DNA of 64,000 bases from Polyangiaceae bacterium (GTDB taxonomy: Bacteria > Myxococcota_A > Polyangia > Polyangiales > Polyangiaceae), in NCBI GenBank assembly GCA_035063585.1, contig JAPSGB010000003.1, forward strand, positions 192,001-256,000, given 5' to 3'. How positions within the stretch are numbered: position 1 is the first letter of the stretch; each line of letters starts with the position of its first letter. The position numbers and the translations under genes are program-made. Below, one piece after another: positions 10,001 through 18,352 of the stretch. Under the pieces are notes generated by a model. That model was not told the DNA's origin, did no database searches, and saw nothing but the letters and a program-made list of their open reading frames with translations.

Positions 10001-11258
10001 TGCTCTTGAAGTTGGTGAGGCAGGTGGCGCGGGCCGCCGAGCAGCACTGCCCGAGCTGCGTCGGGTTCGCCGACGGCGCGCGGTTCTCGTTACAGTAGTG
10101 CTTGTAGCCCTCGTCCGTGCAGCCGTTGCAGTTGTTGTCGGCGTTGTCGCAGGTCTCGGGCTGGATGGCGCCGCCGATGATGGCCGCGAGCGCCGAGGCG
10201 AGCTGGCCCTCGTTCGCCGTGCTGTAGCTCGAGCCGGAGCCGCCGCAGGTGGCGATGTGGTCCATCGCGGTCTGGCTGGCGCCGGCAAAACCGATGACGT
10301 GGGTCTTCACCTTGAAATTCATGCCGTTCACGGTGACGCCCTGCGTCCACAGCTTGTCGGCCTCATAGCTGGCGAGGCGCTCGCCGGCGTTGTTCAGGTA
10401 GCTCCCGTTGCCGCTCCGGCACCCGCCGGCGATCGGCGACGGAGATACGCTCTCGTCGCAGTTCACCTCATTTCCGTCGGTGATGAGGATGACGTTGAGC
10501 GCGCGGCAGAGGCGCTCGACCCCGTTGGTGCGAATGGGCGAGGCGAGCGTGTCCCCCGTGAACGGATCGACGTAGGTGCCGCTATAGTACTGGTTCATGT
10601 TGTAGAGCGACCCGCCGAGCGGCGTGTTGCTCGCCTTGCCGAGCTCCTTGCTCCCCGTGCAGTTGTTGTCGACCCAGCTCAAGATCTCGGGCACGTTCGA
10701 CGCTGCGGGCGGCTGGCTCCAGTAATGATCCTGGAGCAGGGGGACGTTGATGTAGGCGCCGAAATGGATGTTGTTGCCCGACCCTCCGACGCCGGGATCG
10801 CGCCCGAGCGGGCCGCAGAAACCATTGTCACTAGCTGTATATTCGGCGCCGCACCCGCGTCCCGTTCGGCTTCCCGAGCCGGGGCAGCGCCCGAGGCCGT
10901 CGTTGCAACCCGTGTACCGCCACGCGTACGACGCCAGCCCGAAGTTGGCCTGCCCCGCGAACGCCTGGACGGTGTTGGTCACCGCGCACCGCGCGTGCGC
11001 GTTGCGATCGGTGCCGTAGCCGCAGCTGTCGGTCGTTCCCACCCCGGAGTCCATCGAACCCGACGTATCGACGATGATCATGAAGTAGGGCTTCGACGGC
11101 GCGGGCCAGTCCGCCGGGTTCGTCGACGAACACACCGCAGGCTCCGCCGCCCGCGTCGCGCTCGGCGTGAGGAGCGCCGCTCCGATGGTCAAGGTCGTGG
11201 CCGTGCTGAGCCAGAGTCCGCGTGCTCGACGCGTCTGCGAGGCGGTGAAACTCGACAT
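7032..11258 (-). CDS. Large surface protein: signal peptide, vWA domain, about 11 MopE-type Cys/Asp repeats, Cys-rich region, MYXO-CTERM sorting signal
   Basis: MIDAS elements DTSGSM, NTPLG and LITDG; repeated ExC(D/N)GxD(N/D)DC(D/N)G; C-terminal GGGGCACR + hydrophobic helix + RRRRK; GAGGA RBS upstream. Confidence 0.87.
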   Translation of the reverse strand: MSSFTASQTRRARGLWLSTATTLTIGAALLTPSATRAAEPAVCSSTNPADWPAPSKPYFMIIVDTSGSMDSGVGTTDSCGYGTDRNAHARCAVTNTVQAFAGQANFGLASYAWRYTGCNDGLGRCPGSGSRTGRGCGAEYTASDNGFCGPLGRDPGVGGSGNNIHFGAYINVPLLQDHYWSQPPAASNVPEILSWVDNNCTGSKELGKASNTPLGGSLYNMNQYYSGTYVDPFTGDTLASPIRTNGVERLCRALNVILITDGNEVNCDESVSPSPIAGGCRSGNGSYLNNAGERLASYEADKLWTQGVTVNGMNFKVKTHVIGFAGASQTAMDHIATCGGSGSSYSTANEGQLASALAAIIGGAIQPETCDNADNNCNGCTDEGYKHYCNENRAPSANPTQLGQCCSAARATCLTNFKSSITPANPQGNRWWLPCWTPTAADTNPEQKWLCANPGEVCDDQDNNCDKTIDPSALGTNTADEGFNKCGSPLHCPQAETCDGADQDCDLIIDNSAGSAIPYSACPNNCQPTAEICDGCDNDCDGVIDNGIAPIACGFSPPASCAGTQTCAVKNPSGGTYVDGSGHLCVAGGGTWGACAGQTTSPEDCDGVDDDCDGIVDDGVPDRACDVPSGTGGFPGPYQYGGKSQCQRGVEQCVSGTFGACAGWVGPSAEICDGIDNDCDGSVDENIPGLGLPCGSDTGTCTKGQTACDSALGQIVCQGGNPPQPETCNGNDDDCNGVTDDNLADAPAAGSGGCWKEPGNCCAHQGYAWCPPTGATCSGLGSLTTPCATGNLMCNGVGGWTCSNPKGPTGEVCDGVDNNCNGPVDESLGSPVGDACGADIGECKKGTNACDGGVIVCQGGQGPTAEVCNGKDDDCDGQVDNGVGLGGACTASYDTASYPGDRSQGQCKPGALACDPNGTGNTICNGGVGPQPELCDGLDNDCDGLVDEPGPAPDGISGSENPSDPTQHIGDDCGVSVGECKAGKLACTNGQVICSGSVGPRPETCDCRDNDCDGRVDEDAAPGEGAPVCGGGKTCVEVHDGLCQCASPCQTAEFPCPQSGTTCQTVDRSGTDESAGKFCVNDPCGNCQQKTHKDSKGTVVCGPAGTLAEDGSALPECVCTPSGCDHPCAEITCSPGQDCVMAGPSAGTCHSDTNCFFFPCSTGEVCNAKTCIDDPCDPSPCQPDEVCKPSSDFSTARCVGSCASVTCSTGEECVEGTCRATGCAQGCPDGEYCLDDGSGGFACQPSKCDADGGASCTDGYACDPKTGSCGNPPCAGVTCPAAQVCENGQCVWAPEGGTGGAGGAGATGGTGGAGATDGGSSGGSGGTRPDSGLGGAAGGTSNGGASAQGAWGLATGGGGCACRAAGAGHRLPGPGAVLVGLGLTLGLIERRRRKQVSLRGARVGGGRS

Positions 11259-11510
11259 GGCAGTTCCTCTGGAAGTTCGCGTCCACCCAGGCGGGCGCGC
11301 TCGGAAGGATCACCCGCCGTGCGCCGAATCACTTCAGCGGGGCGAGCAGGTGCGGGAGAGGAAATCCTCCACCGATCCAACCCCGGACGCTACCACGGCC
11401 GCCACCCCTTCCGGGAGCCCCAAAACGCGGCCGCACGCGAAATCGCCTCCGCCCAGGTTCCGTGTTCGCCGAGACCATACCCGTGAGAAGGAAGCAGGAG
11501 CCACCGAGTT

Positions 11511-11539
11511 TTGACGCGGGGTCACCGCGCGAGTAGCGA
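11511..11539 (+). promoter_or_regulatory. Candidate sigma70-type promoter of the WYL gene
   Basis: TTGACG (11511-16), 17 nt spacer, TAGCGA (11534-39); the -10 match is weak. Confidence 0.35.
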
Positions 11540-11565
11540 GGGCTCCCACGAGGGAGCTTGATGTC

Positions 11566-12684
11566 GTGAAACGGGCGCTAGGCAGACCGACGGGCCGCTT
11601 CACCCAGCACCGGCGCATCGACCGGCTGCGGGACATCCTCGAGAAGCACCCGCGTGGGCTCTCCATCTACGAGCTCGCGGACGCGCTCGAGGTGACGCCG
11701 CGGACCATGCGTCGCTACCTGAAGGAGGTCGAGCGTGACTACAATCTCGAGCCGACCGAGACGCGCGGCGGCGGGCCGCTCCTCTGGCGGATCCGCGCGG
11801 GGGAGCTACCCCGCAAGATCGATCTTCGCCGCACCCAGGCCTACGCGCTCCTCGCCGCGCGGCGGATCTTCGAGCCGATGCGCGGCTCGACGCTCTTCGA
11901 GGAGATCGACCTGGCGATCGGCAAGCTCATGGCGCTCGCGCATCGGCCCGGCCGCGGTCCGAACGCCGGCCTCGCCGACGCGCGCATCGAGGAGCGCTTC
12001 CTCTACCTCCCGTTCGCCCCGAAGAACTACGCCGAGAAGACCAACGAGCTCGACGATCTCTTCCAGGCCGTCACCGATCTCCGTCCGCTCACCCTGCGCT
12101 ACCGGAGCGCCGCGCGCGCGGAGGAGGAGCTCATCACGATTCACCCGTACGCGATGGTCCTCCACCGGGACTCGATCTACTGCGTGGGGTTTCATGTGGG
12201 CCGAGGTGAGATACGAACCTTCGTGCTCGACCGCATGCGCGACACCCAGCACTCAGCGACCGAGCGCTTCCAGTTGCCGAAGGATTTCTCGGTCGCGGAC
12301 TACTTCCAGGGCGAGCTCGGCGTGTGGCGCTCGCGCGAGCGCCATCGGGTGGTCGTGGAATTCGACGAGCACGCCGCGGAGTACGTCCGCATGAGGAGAG
12401 TCCACGCGACGCAGAAGCTGGCCAGTATCGCCGGCGGAGGCGTCCGGCTCACCATGACGGTCGGTGACTTGAACCAGGTGGCGAGCTGGGTGCTCGAGTG
12501 GGGCAAACGGGCGCGCGTGGTCGAGCCGCCCGAGCTCGTGGAACGGGTGCGCTCCGAGCTCGCGGACGCGCTCGCGCTCTACCGCGGCGCGCCGCCCGCG
12601 CGCCGCGCGCCCGAGCGCACCCGCGCCGGCGTCAGCGCGTCGCCGCCTGCTGGCTCACGGCGCGGTAGAACCGATACCAAGTGA
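11566..12684 (+). CDS. WYL-domain transcriptional regulator (wHTH + WYL + WCX)
   Basis: N-terminal ELADALEVTPRTMRRYL HTH; IHPYAMV...YCVGF...IRTFVLDRM WYL core; WVLEWGKRARVVEPPELVE WCX tail. Confidence 0.92.
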   Translation: MKRALGRPTGRFTQHRRIDRLRDILEKHPRGLSIYELADALEVTPRTMRRYLKEVERDYNLEPTETRGGGPLLWRIRAGELPRKIDLRRTQAYALLAARRIFEPMRGSTLFEEIDLAIGKLMALAHRPGRGPNAGLADARIEERFLYLPFAPKNYAEKTNELDDLFQAVTDLRPLTLRYRSAARAEEELITIHPYAMVLHRDSIYCVGFHVGRGEIRTFVLDRMRDTQHSATERFQLPKDFSVADYFQGELGVWRSRERHRVVVEFDEHAAEYVRMRRVHATQKLASIAGGGVRLTMTVGDLNQVASWVLEWGKRARVVEPPELVERVRSELADALALYRGAPPARRAPERTRAGVSASPPAGSRRGRTDTK

Positions 12685-13303
12685 CGACCCGCATCACGTA
12701 GTTGACCGTCTCGGGATAAGGCGGGATGCCGCCGTTTCGCATCACCGCGCCCTCGCCGGCGTTGTAGGCCGCCACGGTGAGCTCGAGGTCGCCGTTGAAG
12801 AGGTTGGCGAGCACGCGAAGATAGCGCACGCCGCCGAAGATATTTTGCCGCGGATCGAACACGTCGGTCACCATCATCCGCGCGGCCGTCTCTGGGATGA
12901 GCTGCATGAGCCCGCGTGCGTTGGCGGTCGAGACCGCCCGCGGGTCGTAGTCGCTCTCCACCTTGATGACCGCCCGCACCAGCTCCTCCGGGATCTGGTA
13001 GAGGGTCGCCGCCTGGCGGATCCAGGCGTCGTAGCGGGTGAAGCGCTCCGGCGAAGCGTCGCTCGGCATCACCGCCGGCAGCTTCGGCCGCTCGCGCACC
13101 ACGCGGCTCGACCCACCGCCCGGTGACGGCGTGTTCGAGAAGCTGACCACGCCGTCCTTTCCCACCGTCTTATAGATGTCCGCCCAGCCGTCCCCGCCGT
13201 GGGAGAGGCAGGCGAGCGCCGCGAGCCCGCCGAGCGCACGGCGGACGCGGCGCGGCGAGCCGGGCCGGCGCCGGGGCGAGGGTCGGGGAGGGGCGAGCGT
13301 CAC
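12632..13303 (-). CDS. SLT-family lytic transglycosylase with N-terminal DUF4124-like segment
   Basis: AVIKVESDY, GLMQLIP and AAYNAGEG motifs; signal peptide followed by ADIYKTVGKDGVVSFSNTP. Confidence 0.93.
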   Translation of the reverse strand: MTLAPPRPSPRRRPGSPRRVRRALGGLAALACLSHGGDGWADIYKTVGKDGVVSFSNTPSPGGGSSRVVRERPKLPAVMPSDASPERFTRYDAWIRQAATLYQIPEELVRAVIKVESDYDPRAVSTANARGLMQLIPETAARMMVTDVFDPRQNIFGGVRYLRVLANLFNGDLELTVAAYNAGEGAVMRNGGIPPYPETVNYVMRVVTWYRFYRAVSQQAATR

Positions 13304-13315
13304 GAGCCGAGCGAA

Positions 13316-13345
13316 ATCCTAGCGGGCGCGGGCGCCCGGCGTCCA
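13316..13345 (-). promoter_or_regulatory. Candidate proximal promoter of the lytic transglycosylase gene
   Basis: Minus-strand TGGACG, 18 nt spacer, TAGGAT, ending 12 nt before the GTG start. Confidence 0.4.
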
Positions 13346-13486
13346 GGAAGTGGGAACGCCGACCCCCATCGGGCGTATTCCCGGGGGGCTCTTGCCGGTC
13401 CGGCGCGGGCTCGCCCCGGTTCGGGCCGCGCGGTACCGCGCCGCATCGACATGAACCCAATGAGGCCCTCGACCGTCTCGGCGAAT

Positions 13487-13516
13487 GAAATAGTATAGCA
13501 AAAGATTTACTATTTC
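13487..13516. promoter_or_regulatory. AT-rich inverted-repeat operator overlapping an extended -10 element
   Basis: GAAATAGTA-N12-TACTATTTC perfect 9-bp arms; minus-strand TGcTATACT at 13500-13492. Confidence 0.6.
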
Positions 13517-13579
13517 GATGAAATGACAAATCTCACGCTTGACTGACGAGCACGCCCCCGCGCGTGGCCTCGGGGCGGC

Positions 13580-15565
13580 TCAGTCGTCTTCGGTGAGGTA
13601 GGTGTAGGAGCGGAGCGCCTGCTCGTAGTGCTGCATCATGGTGCGCATCTGCTCGTTGGTGAGGCGCCCCGCGCTCACCGCGCGCTCTGCCTGGTGCCGC
13701 ACCGCCTCGATCATGTTCTCGGGCACGTACTCGACGTAGCGGAGGACGTCCGAGATGCTGTCACCCTTTACCACGTGGCGCACCGTGTAGCTCGAGCCCT
13801 CGCCGGCGCGAACGTGGACCGCGTTGGTGTCGCCGAACAGGTTGTGGAGATCTCCCAGGATCTCCTGGTAGGCGCCGTTCAGGAAGATGCCCATCGTGTA
13901 GGGCTCGCCCGGGCGGAGCGGATGCACGTCGAGGGTGCGGCGCACATCCTCCACGTCAATGAAATGATCGATGGTGCCGTCACTGTCGCAGGTGAGATCC
14001 GCGAGGGTGGAGTTCACCGTCGGCTCCTCGTCGAGGCGGTGGATGGGCATGATGGGGAAGAGCTGATCGATGGCCCACACGTCCGGCACCGACTGAAAGA
14101 CGCTGAAGTTTCCGTAGTAGATGGCGCTCATGGTCCGCTCGAGGCCATAGAGCTCTTCGGGCACGAATTTCAGGCGGCGGAGCGTATCCTGGATCTTCTC
14201 GCAGACGTGCCAGTAGAGCCGCTCGGCCTGGGCGCGCTCACGGAGCGTGAGGTATCCGTAGCGGAAGAGGCTCTGCGCCTCTTCCTTGGCCTGGCTCGCG
14301 TCGTGGAAGGACTCCTGCACGTTCTTCGGCGCGACGCCCTTGTACGTCTCGTAGAGTTCGCGGAGCAGGCGGTGCGCGTCGGCGCGCGGCTCGATGGGCG
14401 CGCCGAAGCGCACCTCGTTCTTGCCCACCACCTCGAACACGAGCACCGAGTGATGCGCGGCGATGGCGCGCCCGCTCTCGCTCACGATGGTGGGCACGGG
14501 CACCTCTGCCTTCGAGCAGGCGCCCTGGATGTGCCCGACGATGTCGGCGGCGTATTCGGCGAGCGTGTAGTTCTTGCTCGCGTGAAAATCCGTCTTCGAG
14601 CCGTCGTAGTCGATGGCGAGCCCGCCGCCGACGTCGATGTACCCCATCTGGCAGCCCATCTTGGCGAGCTCGACGTAGATGTTGCTCGCCTCCTGGATCG
14701 CGTTCTTGATGGGGATGATGCTCGAGATCTGGCTCCCGATGTGAAAGTGAAGGAGCTTCAGGCAATCTAACATGCCGCGCTCGGCGAGGCGGTCCACCAC
14801 CTCGATGATCTCGGCGGTGGTGAGGCCGAACTTCGCGCGATCGCCGGCGGAGTCCGCCCAGCGCCCCACGCCCTTGGCGGTGAGCTTGGCGCGGACCCCG
14901 AGGATCGGCTTGATGCCGAGCTTCTCGGCGGCGAAAAACACGTGCCCGAGCTCCTCGATGCGCTCGAGGACGATGATCACGGTCTTGTCGAACTTCTGCG
15001 CGACCAGCGCGGTCTCGATGTACTTGAGGTCCTTGTACCCGTTACAGATGATGAGCCCGCCGGCGTCCTGCATGGCCGCGAGCGCGATGAGGAGCTCGGG
15101 CTTCGAGCCCGCCTCGAGCCCGAACTGCCACGCGCGGCCGTACTCGACGACCTCTTCCACGAGGTGACGCTGCTGGTTCACCTTGACCGGGTAGACGCCG
15201 CGGTAGGTGCCTCCGTACTCGTACTCGGCGATGGCCTTCTGGAAGCACTCGTTGATGCGCCGGATGCGGTGCGCGATGATGTCCGAGAAGCGAATGAGGA
15301 GCGGCAGCTCGATCCCGCGCGCCTTCAGATCCTGGGTGAGCTCGTAGAGGTTGATGGCGCCGTCGCGCGTCGGGTCGGGGTGCACCTCGACCTGCCCGCG
15401 TTCGTTGACGCAGAAGTACGGCGCGCCCCAGCCGCTCACCTGGTAGTGAACCGCCGCGCGTGCGGTCGTCCATTCCGGGCTCGCGCCGTGGCCGTTCGAG
15501 CGCTCGCTCGCGCTGACGTTGGGTGTCGCCGGGGTCAACGCGGCGTTCGCGGGGTCGTGGTTCAC
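13580..15565 (-). CDS. speA: Biosynthetic arginine decarboxylase
   Basis: YPVKVNQ PLP lysine motif, GLEAGSKPEL, HFHIGSQI, DLTCDSDG, GAYQEILGDLHNLFG; start uncertain (GTG 15565 chosen). Confidence 0.96.
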   Translation of the reverse strand: MNHDPANAALTPATPNVSASERSNGHGASPEWTTARAAVHYQVSGWGAPYFCVNERGQVEVHPDPTRDGAINLYELTQDLKARGIELPLLIRFSDIIAHRIRRINECFQKAIAEYEYGGTYRGVYPVKVNQQRHLVEEVVEYGRAWQFGLEAGSKPELLIALAAMQDAGGLIICNGYKDLKYIETALVAQKFDKTVIIVLERIEELGHVFFAAEKLGIKPILGVRAKLTAKGVGRWADSAGDRAKFGLTTAEIIEVVDRLAERGMLDCLKLLHFHIGSQISSIIPIKNAIQEASNIYVELAKMGCQMGYIDVGGGLAIDYDGSKTDFHASKNYTLAEYAADIVGHIQGACSKAEVPVPTIVSESGRAIAAHHSVLVFEVVGKNEVRFGAPIEPRADAHRLLRELYETYKGVAPKNVQESFHDASQAKEEAQSLFRYGYLTLRERAQAERLYWHVCEKIQDTLRRLKFVPEELYGLERTMSAIYYGNFSVFQSVPDVWAIDQLFPIMPIHRLDEEPTVNSTLADLTCDSDGTIDHFIDVEDVRRTLDVHPLRPGEPYTMGIFLNGAYQEILGDLHNLFGDTNAVHVRAGEGSSYTVRHVVKGDSISDVLRYVEYVPENMIEAVRHQAERAVSAGRLTNEQMRTMMQHYEQALRSYTYLTEDD

Positions 15566-15701
15566 TCGTCGGTCTCTCGGGGTGCCTCGTATCTCAGCCC
15601 GAATCGCCGGGCGGGCGCAAGCGTGATCCAACTCCGCGCTCGCGTCGACCCGCGCGCTCGGGTTTGTCGGCTCGGGCGGCGCATGGTAACCGGGCGGCGG
15701 C

Positions 15702-17132
15702 ATGTCCGCGCCCCGCCTCCGCTTCGCGCCGTCTCCGAGCGGCTACCTCCACATCGGCGGCGCCCGCACCGCGCTCTTCAACTGGCTCTGGGCGCGGAGC
15801 CAAGGCGGCTCCTTCATCCTCCGCATCGAGGACACCGACCAGGAGCGGTCGAGCCTCGACAGCGTCCGGGCCATCCTCGACTCGATGAAGTGGCTGGGGC
15901 TCGACTGGGACGAGGGCCCCGAGGTGGGCGGGCCGCACGGCCCGTACTTCCAGAGCGAGCGCAAGGCGCTCTACCGCGAGGCCACCGAGACGCTCATCTC
16001 GCGCGGGCTCGCCTATCGCTGCTACTGCACGAAGGAGGCGCTCGATGCCCAGCGGGCGGCGCTGAAGGAGCGGGATCCGAAGGCGCAGTTCGTCTACCCG
16101 GGCACCTGTCGCGACCGCACGGACACGCCGGACCAGCCCTTCGTGGTGAGGTTCAAGTCCCCAGAGAGCGGCAGCACCGACTTCGTCGACAAGGTCTTCG
16201 GCGCCATCAGCACCCCGAACGCCTCCCAGCAGGATTTCGTGCTGGTCCGCACCGACGGCTACCCGCTCTATAACCTCGCCGCGGTGGTCGACGATCACGC
16301 GATGGGGATCACGCTGGTCGCCCGGGGTCGCGACCACATCGGCAACACTCCGCAGCAGGTCCTGCTCTATCGCGCCTTCGGCTGGGAGCCGCCCGAGTTC
16401 GCCCACCTGCCGATGATGCTCTCGCCCAAGGGTGACAAGCTCAGCAAGCGCAACGCCGACGTCGGCGTGCAGGACTACCGCGACCGCGGCTATCCGGCGA
16501 TGGGCGTCCTAAACTACCTGGTTCGCTTCGGCTGGTCGCTCGGGGATCGCGAGATCTTCAGCCGGAGCGAGCTCATCCGGGCGTTCGGCTGGGATCGGGT
16601 GGGCAAGGCGGACGGGAAATTCGACGACAAGAAGTTCGCCGACGTGGCCTTCGAGCACCTGAAGCAGCCCGAGCTCACCGGCCTCGACGACTACGCCGCC
16701 TGGGCCGCGCCGTTCCTCGAGCGCCGCGGCCTCGCGAGCCCCGAGCCGGCTCGCCTCCGCGCCGCGATACCGCTCGTCCGCGAACGCGCGCGCACGCTCG
16801 CCGAGGCTGCCGAGATGCTCGATTATTTCTTTCGCCCGGAGCCCGAGCTCGACCCGAAGGCGGCCGCGAAGGCGCTCGGGCCGGGCGCCGCGGAGGTCCT
16901 CGGGGAGCTCGCCGAGGCGCTCCGCGGCGTGGAGCCGTGGGAGGGCTCCGCGCTCGAGGAGGCGACCCGCCGCCACGTGGAGGCGCGCGGGCTCGCGCTG
17001 AAAGACGTCGCGCAGCCCGCTCGGGTCGCGGTGACCGGGCGTGCGGCGAGCCCGCCGCTCTTCGACGTCATGAGCGTCCTCGGACGAGAGCAGACGCTCC
17101 ACCGACTGGCGCGCGCCGCCGGCAAGGCCTGA
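15702..17132 (+). CDS. gltX: Glutamate--tRNA ligase
   Basis: RFAPSPSGYLHIGG, LRIEDTD and KLSKR motifs; C-terminal anticodon-binding domain present. Confidence 0.96.
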   Translation: MSAPRLRFAPSPSGYLHIGGARTALFNWLWARSQGGSFILRIEDTDQERSSLDSVRAILDSMKWLGLDWDEGPEVGGPHGPYFQSERKALYREATETLISRGLAYRCYCTKEALDAQRAALKERDPKAQFVYPGTCRDRTDTPDQPFVVRFKSPESGSTDFVDKVFGAISTPNASQQDFVLVRTDGYPLYNLAAVVDDHAMGITLVARGRDHIGNTPQQVLLYRAFGWEPPEFAHLPMMLSPKGDKLSKRNADVGVQDYRDRGYPAMGVLNYLVRFGWSLGDREIFSRSELIRAFGWDRVGKADGKFDDKKFADVAFEHLKQPELTGLDDYAAWAAPFLERRGLASPEPARLRAAIPLVRERARTLAEAAEMLDYFFRPEPELDPKAAAKALGPGAAEVLGELAEALRGVEPWEGSALEEATRRHVEARGLALKDVAQPARVAVTGRAASPPLFDVMSVLGREQTLHRLARAAGKA

Positions 17133-17142
17133 GAACCAACAC

Positions 17143-18189
17143 GTGCCGGGTCTCCTCGCGCTTTTGTCCGGCCCCGGCGCGATCGGCGGCGTCTCGAGCG
17201 AGGTCGCGCGCTTGTCCGATGCGCTCGCGGGCCCCGCGCGTCCGTCGCCCCTAGAGCTCCCGCTCACGCGCCTCGCGCCGGTGAGCACGTTTCAGGCCCT
17301 CCTCGACTACGCGCCCGTGAAGGCGCTCCTGCCCATCCCCATCCTCGCGCTCATCGCCCCCGCGCTCTGGTGGTTTTTTCGCGACACCTGGAAGCGCCTC
17401 GACGCCGAGGCCACCGAGCATCGGGTGAAGCTCGCCGAGACGGGCGCCGCCGATTACCGCGCGGTCGCGTGCCTCAGCATCGTCGGCGTCGTGCTCACCA
17501 TGCAGTACTACTTCGGCGGCGAGGAGTTCTACTCCGCGCACGTTCGCCCGTGGCTCGTCGAGCTCGACGCCGCGCACTCCTTCGTGAAGCTCAAAAAGTA
17601 TAGCGAATTCTATAGTTATGTCTGGTGGGTGTTCGCGCGTGTGGCGGGCTACGTCCTGGTGCCGTTCCCGCTCTGGAAGCTCCTCTTTCGCAAGGACAGC
17701 CTGCTCGACATGGGCTTCCGCGTCCGCGGCTTCTTCAGCCACCTCTGGATCTACGGGCTCGGGCTCGCGGTCGTCGTCCCGGTGATGCTCCTCGTGAGCC
17801 ATCAGCCGGATTTCGGCGGCTACTACCCGTTCTACAAGCAGAGCTCACGCAGCTATTTCGACCTCATGATCTGGGAGTCGATCTACTTTCTTCAGTTTCT
17901 GAGCCTGGAGATGTTCTTCCGCGGGTGGATGGTCGGCGCGCTCCGAAAGACGATGGGCTCGAGCGCCATCTTCGCCATGGCGGTGCCGTACTGCATGATC
18001 CACTACGGGAAGCCCTACCTCGAGGCGGTCGGGGCCATCGTGGCGGGGGTCTTCCTCGGCTCGCTCGCCATGCGAACCCGCAGCATCTACGCGGGCTTCC
18101 TCGTCCACATCACGGTCGCGCTCTCCATGGATTTCCTCGCCCTCTGGCACCGCGGCGCGCTGCCGACCCAGTTCTGGGCGTCCGGTTGA
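17143..18189 (+). CDS. CPBP/Abi (type II CAAX) glutamic intramembrane protease
   Basis: Multiple hydrophobic helices; LEMFFRG, HYGKP and SIYAGFLVH motifs; start uncertain. Confidence 0.85.
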   Translation: MPGLLALLSGPGAIGGVSSEVARLSDALAGPARPSPLELPLTRLAPVSTFQALLDYAPVKALLPIPILALIAPALWWFFRDTWKRLDAEATEHRVKLAETGAADYRAVACLSIVGVVLTMQYYFGGEEFYSAHVRPWLVELDAAHSFVKLKKYSEFYSYVWWVFARVAGYVLVPFPLWKLLFRKDSLLDMGFRVRGFFSHLWIYGLGLAVVVPVMLLVSHQPDFGGYYPFYKQSSRSYFDLMIWESIYFLQFLSLEMFFRGWMVGALRKTMGSSAIFAMAVPYCMIHYGKPYLEAVGAIVAGVFLGSLAMRTRSIYAGFLVHITVALSMDFLALWHRGALPTQFWASG

Positions 18190-18299
18190 CCCCCCGGGGG
18201 CGCAGGGGCGCAGGGGCGTAAGGGGGCGGGGTGCCGGTACGGCGCGGCCGGCGTCGCTCCTCGAGAACGGCCGCTCGGCCTGGCAATTTCAGGTGACGG

Positions 18300-18328
18300 T
18301 TGCGCGGCCCGGGTAACGTTGCTAGAAA
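18300..18328 (+). promoter_or_regulatory. Candidate sigma70-type promoter
   Basis: TTGCGC, 17 nt spacer, TAGAAA with extended TG at 18320-21, 24 nt upstream of ATG 18353. Confidence 0.4.
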
Positions 18329-18352
18329 CGCGCCCCCCTCGCGGAGTCTCCG

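Noticed and set aside
4700..10200. Recurrent GTCGCAGTCGTTGTC-like DNA repeats as a CRISPR or non-coding array
   Set aside because: They are irregularly spaced, degenerate at third positions, and fully explained by the encoded CDGxDNDCDG protein repeats.
11480..11505. GAAGGAAGCAG resembling the SRP RNA helix 8 motif
   Set aside because: The upstream CAGG half and the enclosing long stem are absent.
13487..13516. AT-rich palindrome as a dif/Xer site
   Set aside because: The 9-12-9 geometry and sequence do not match 11-6-11 XerC/XerD sites.
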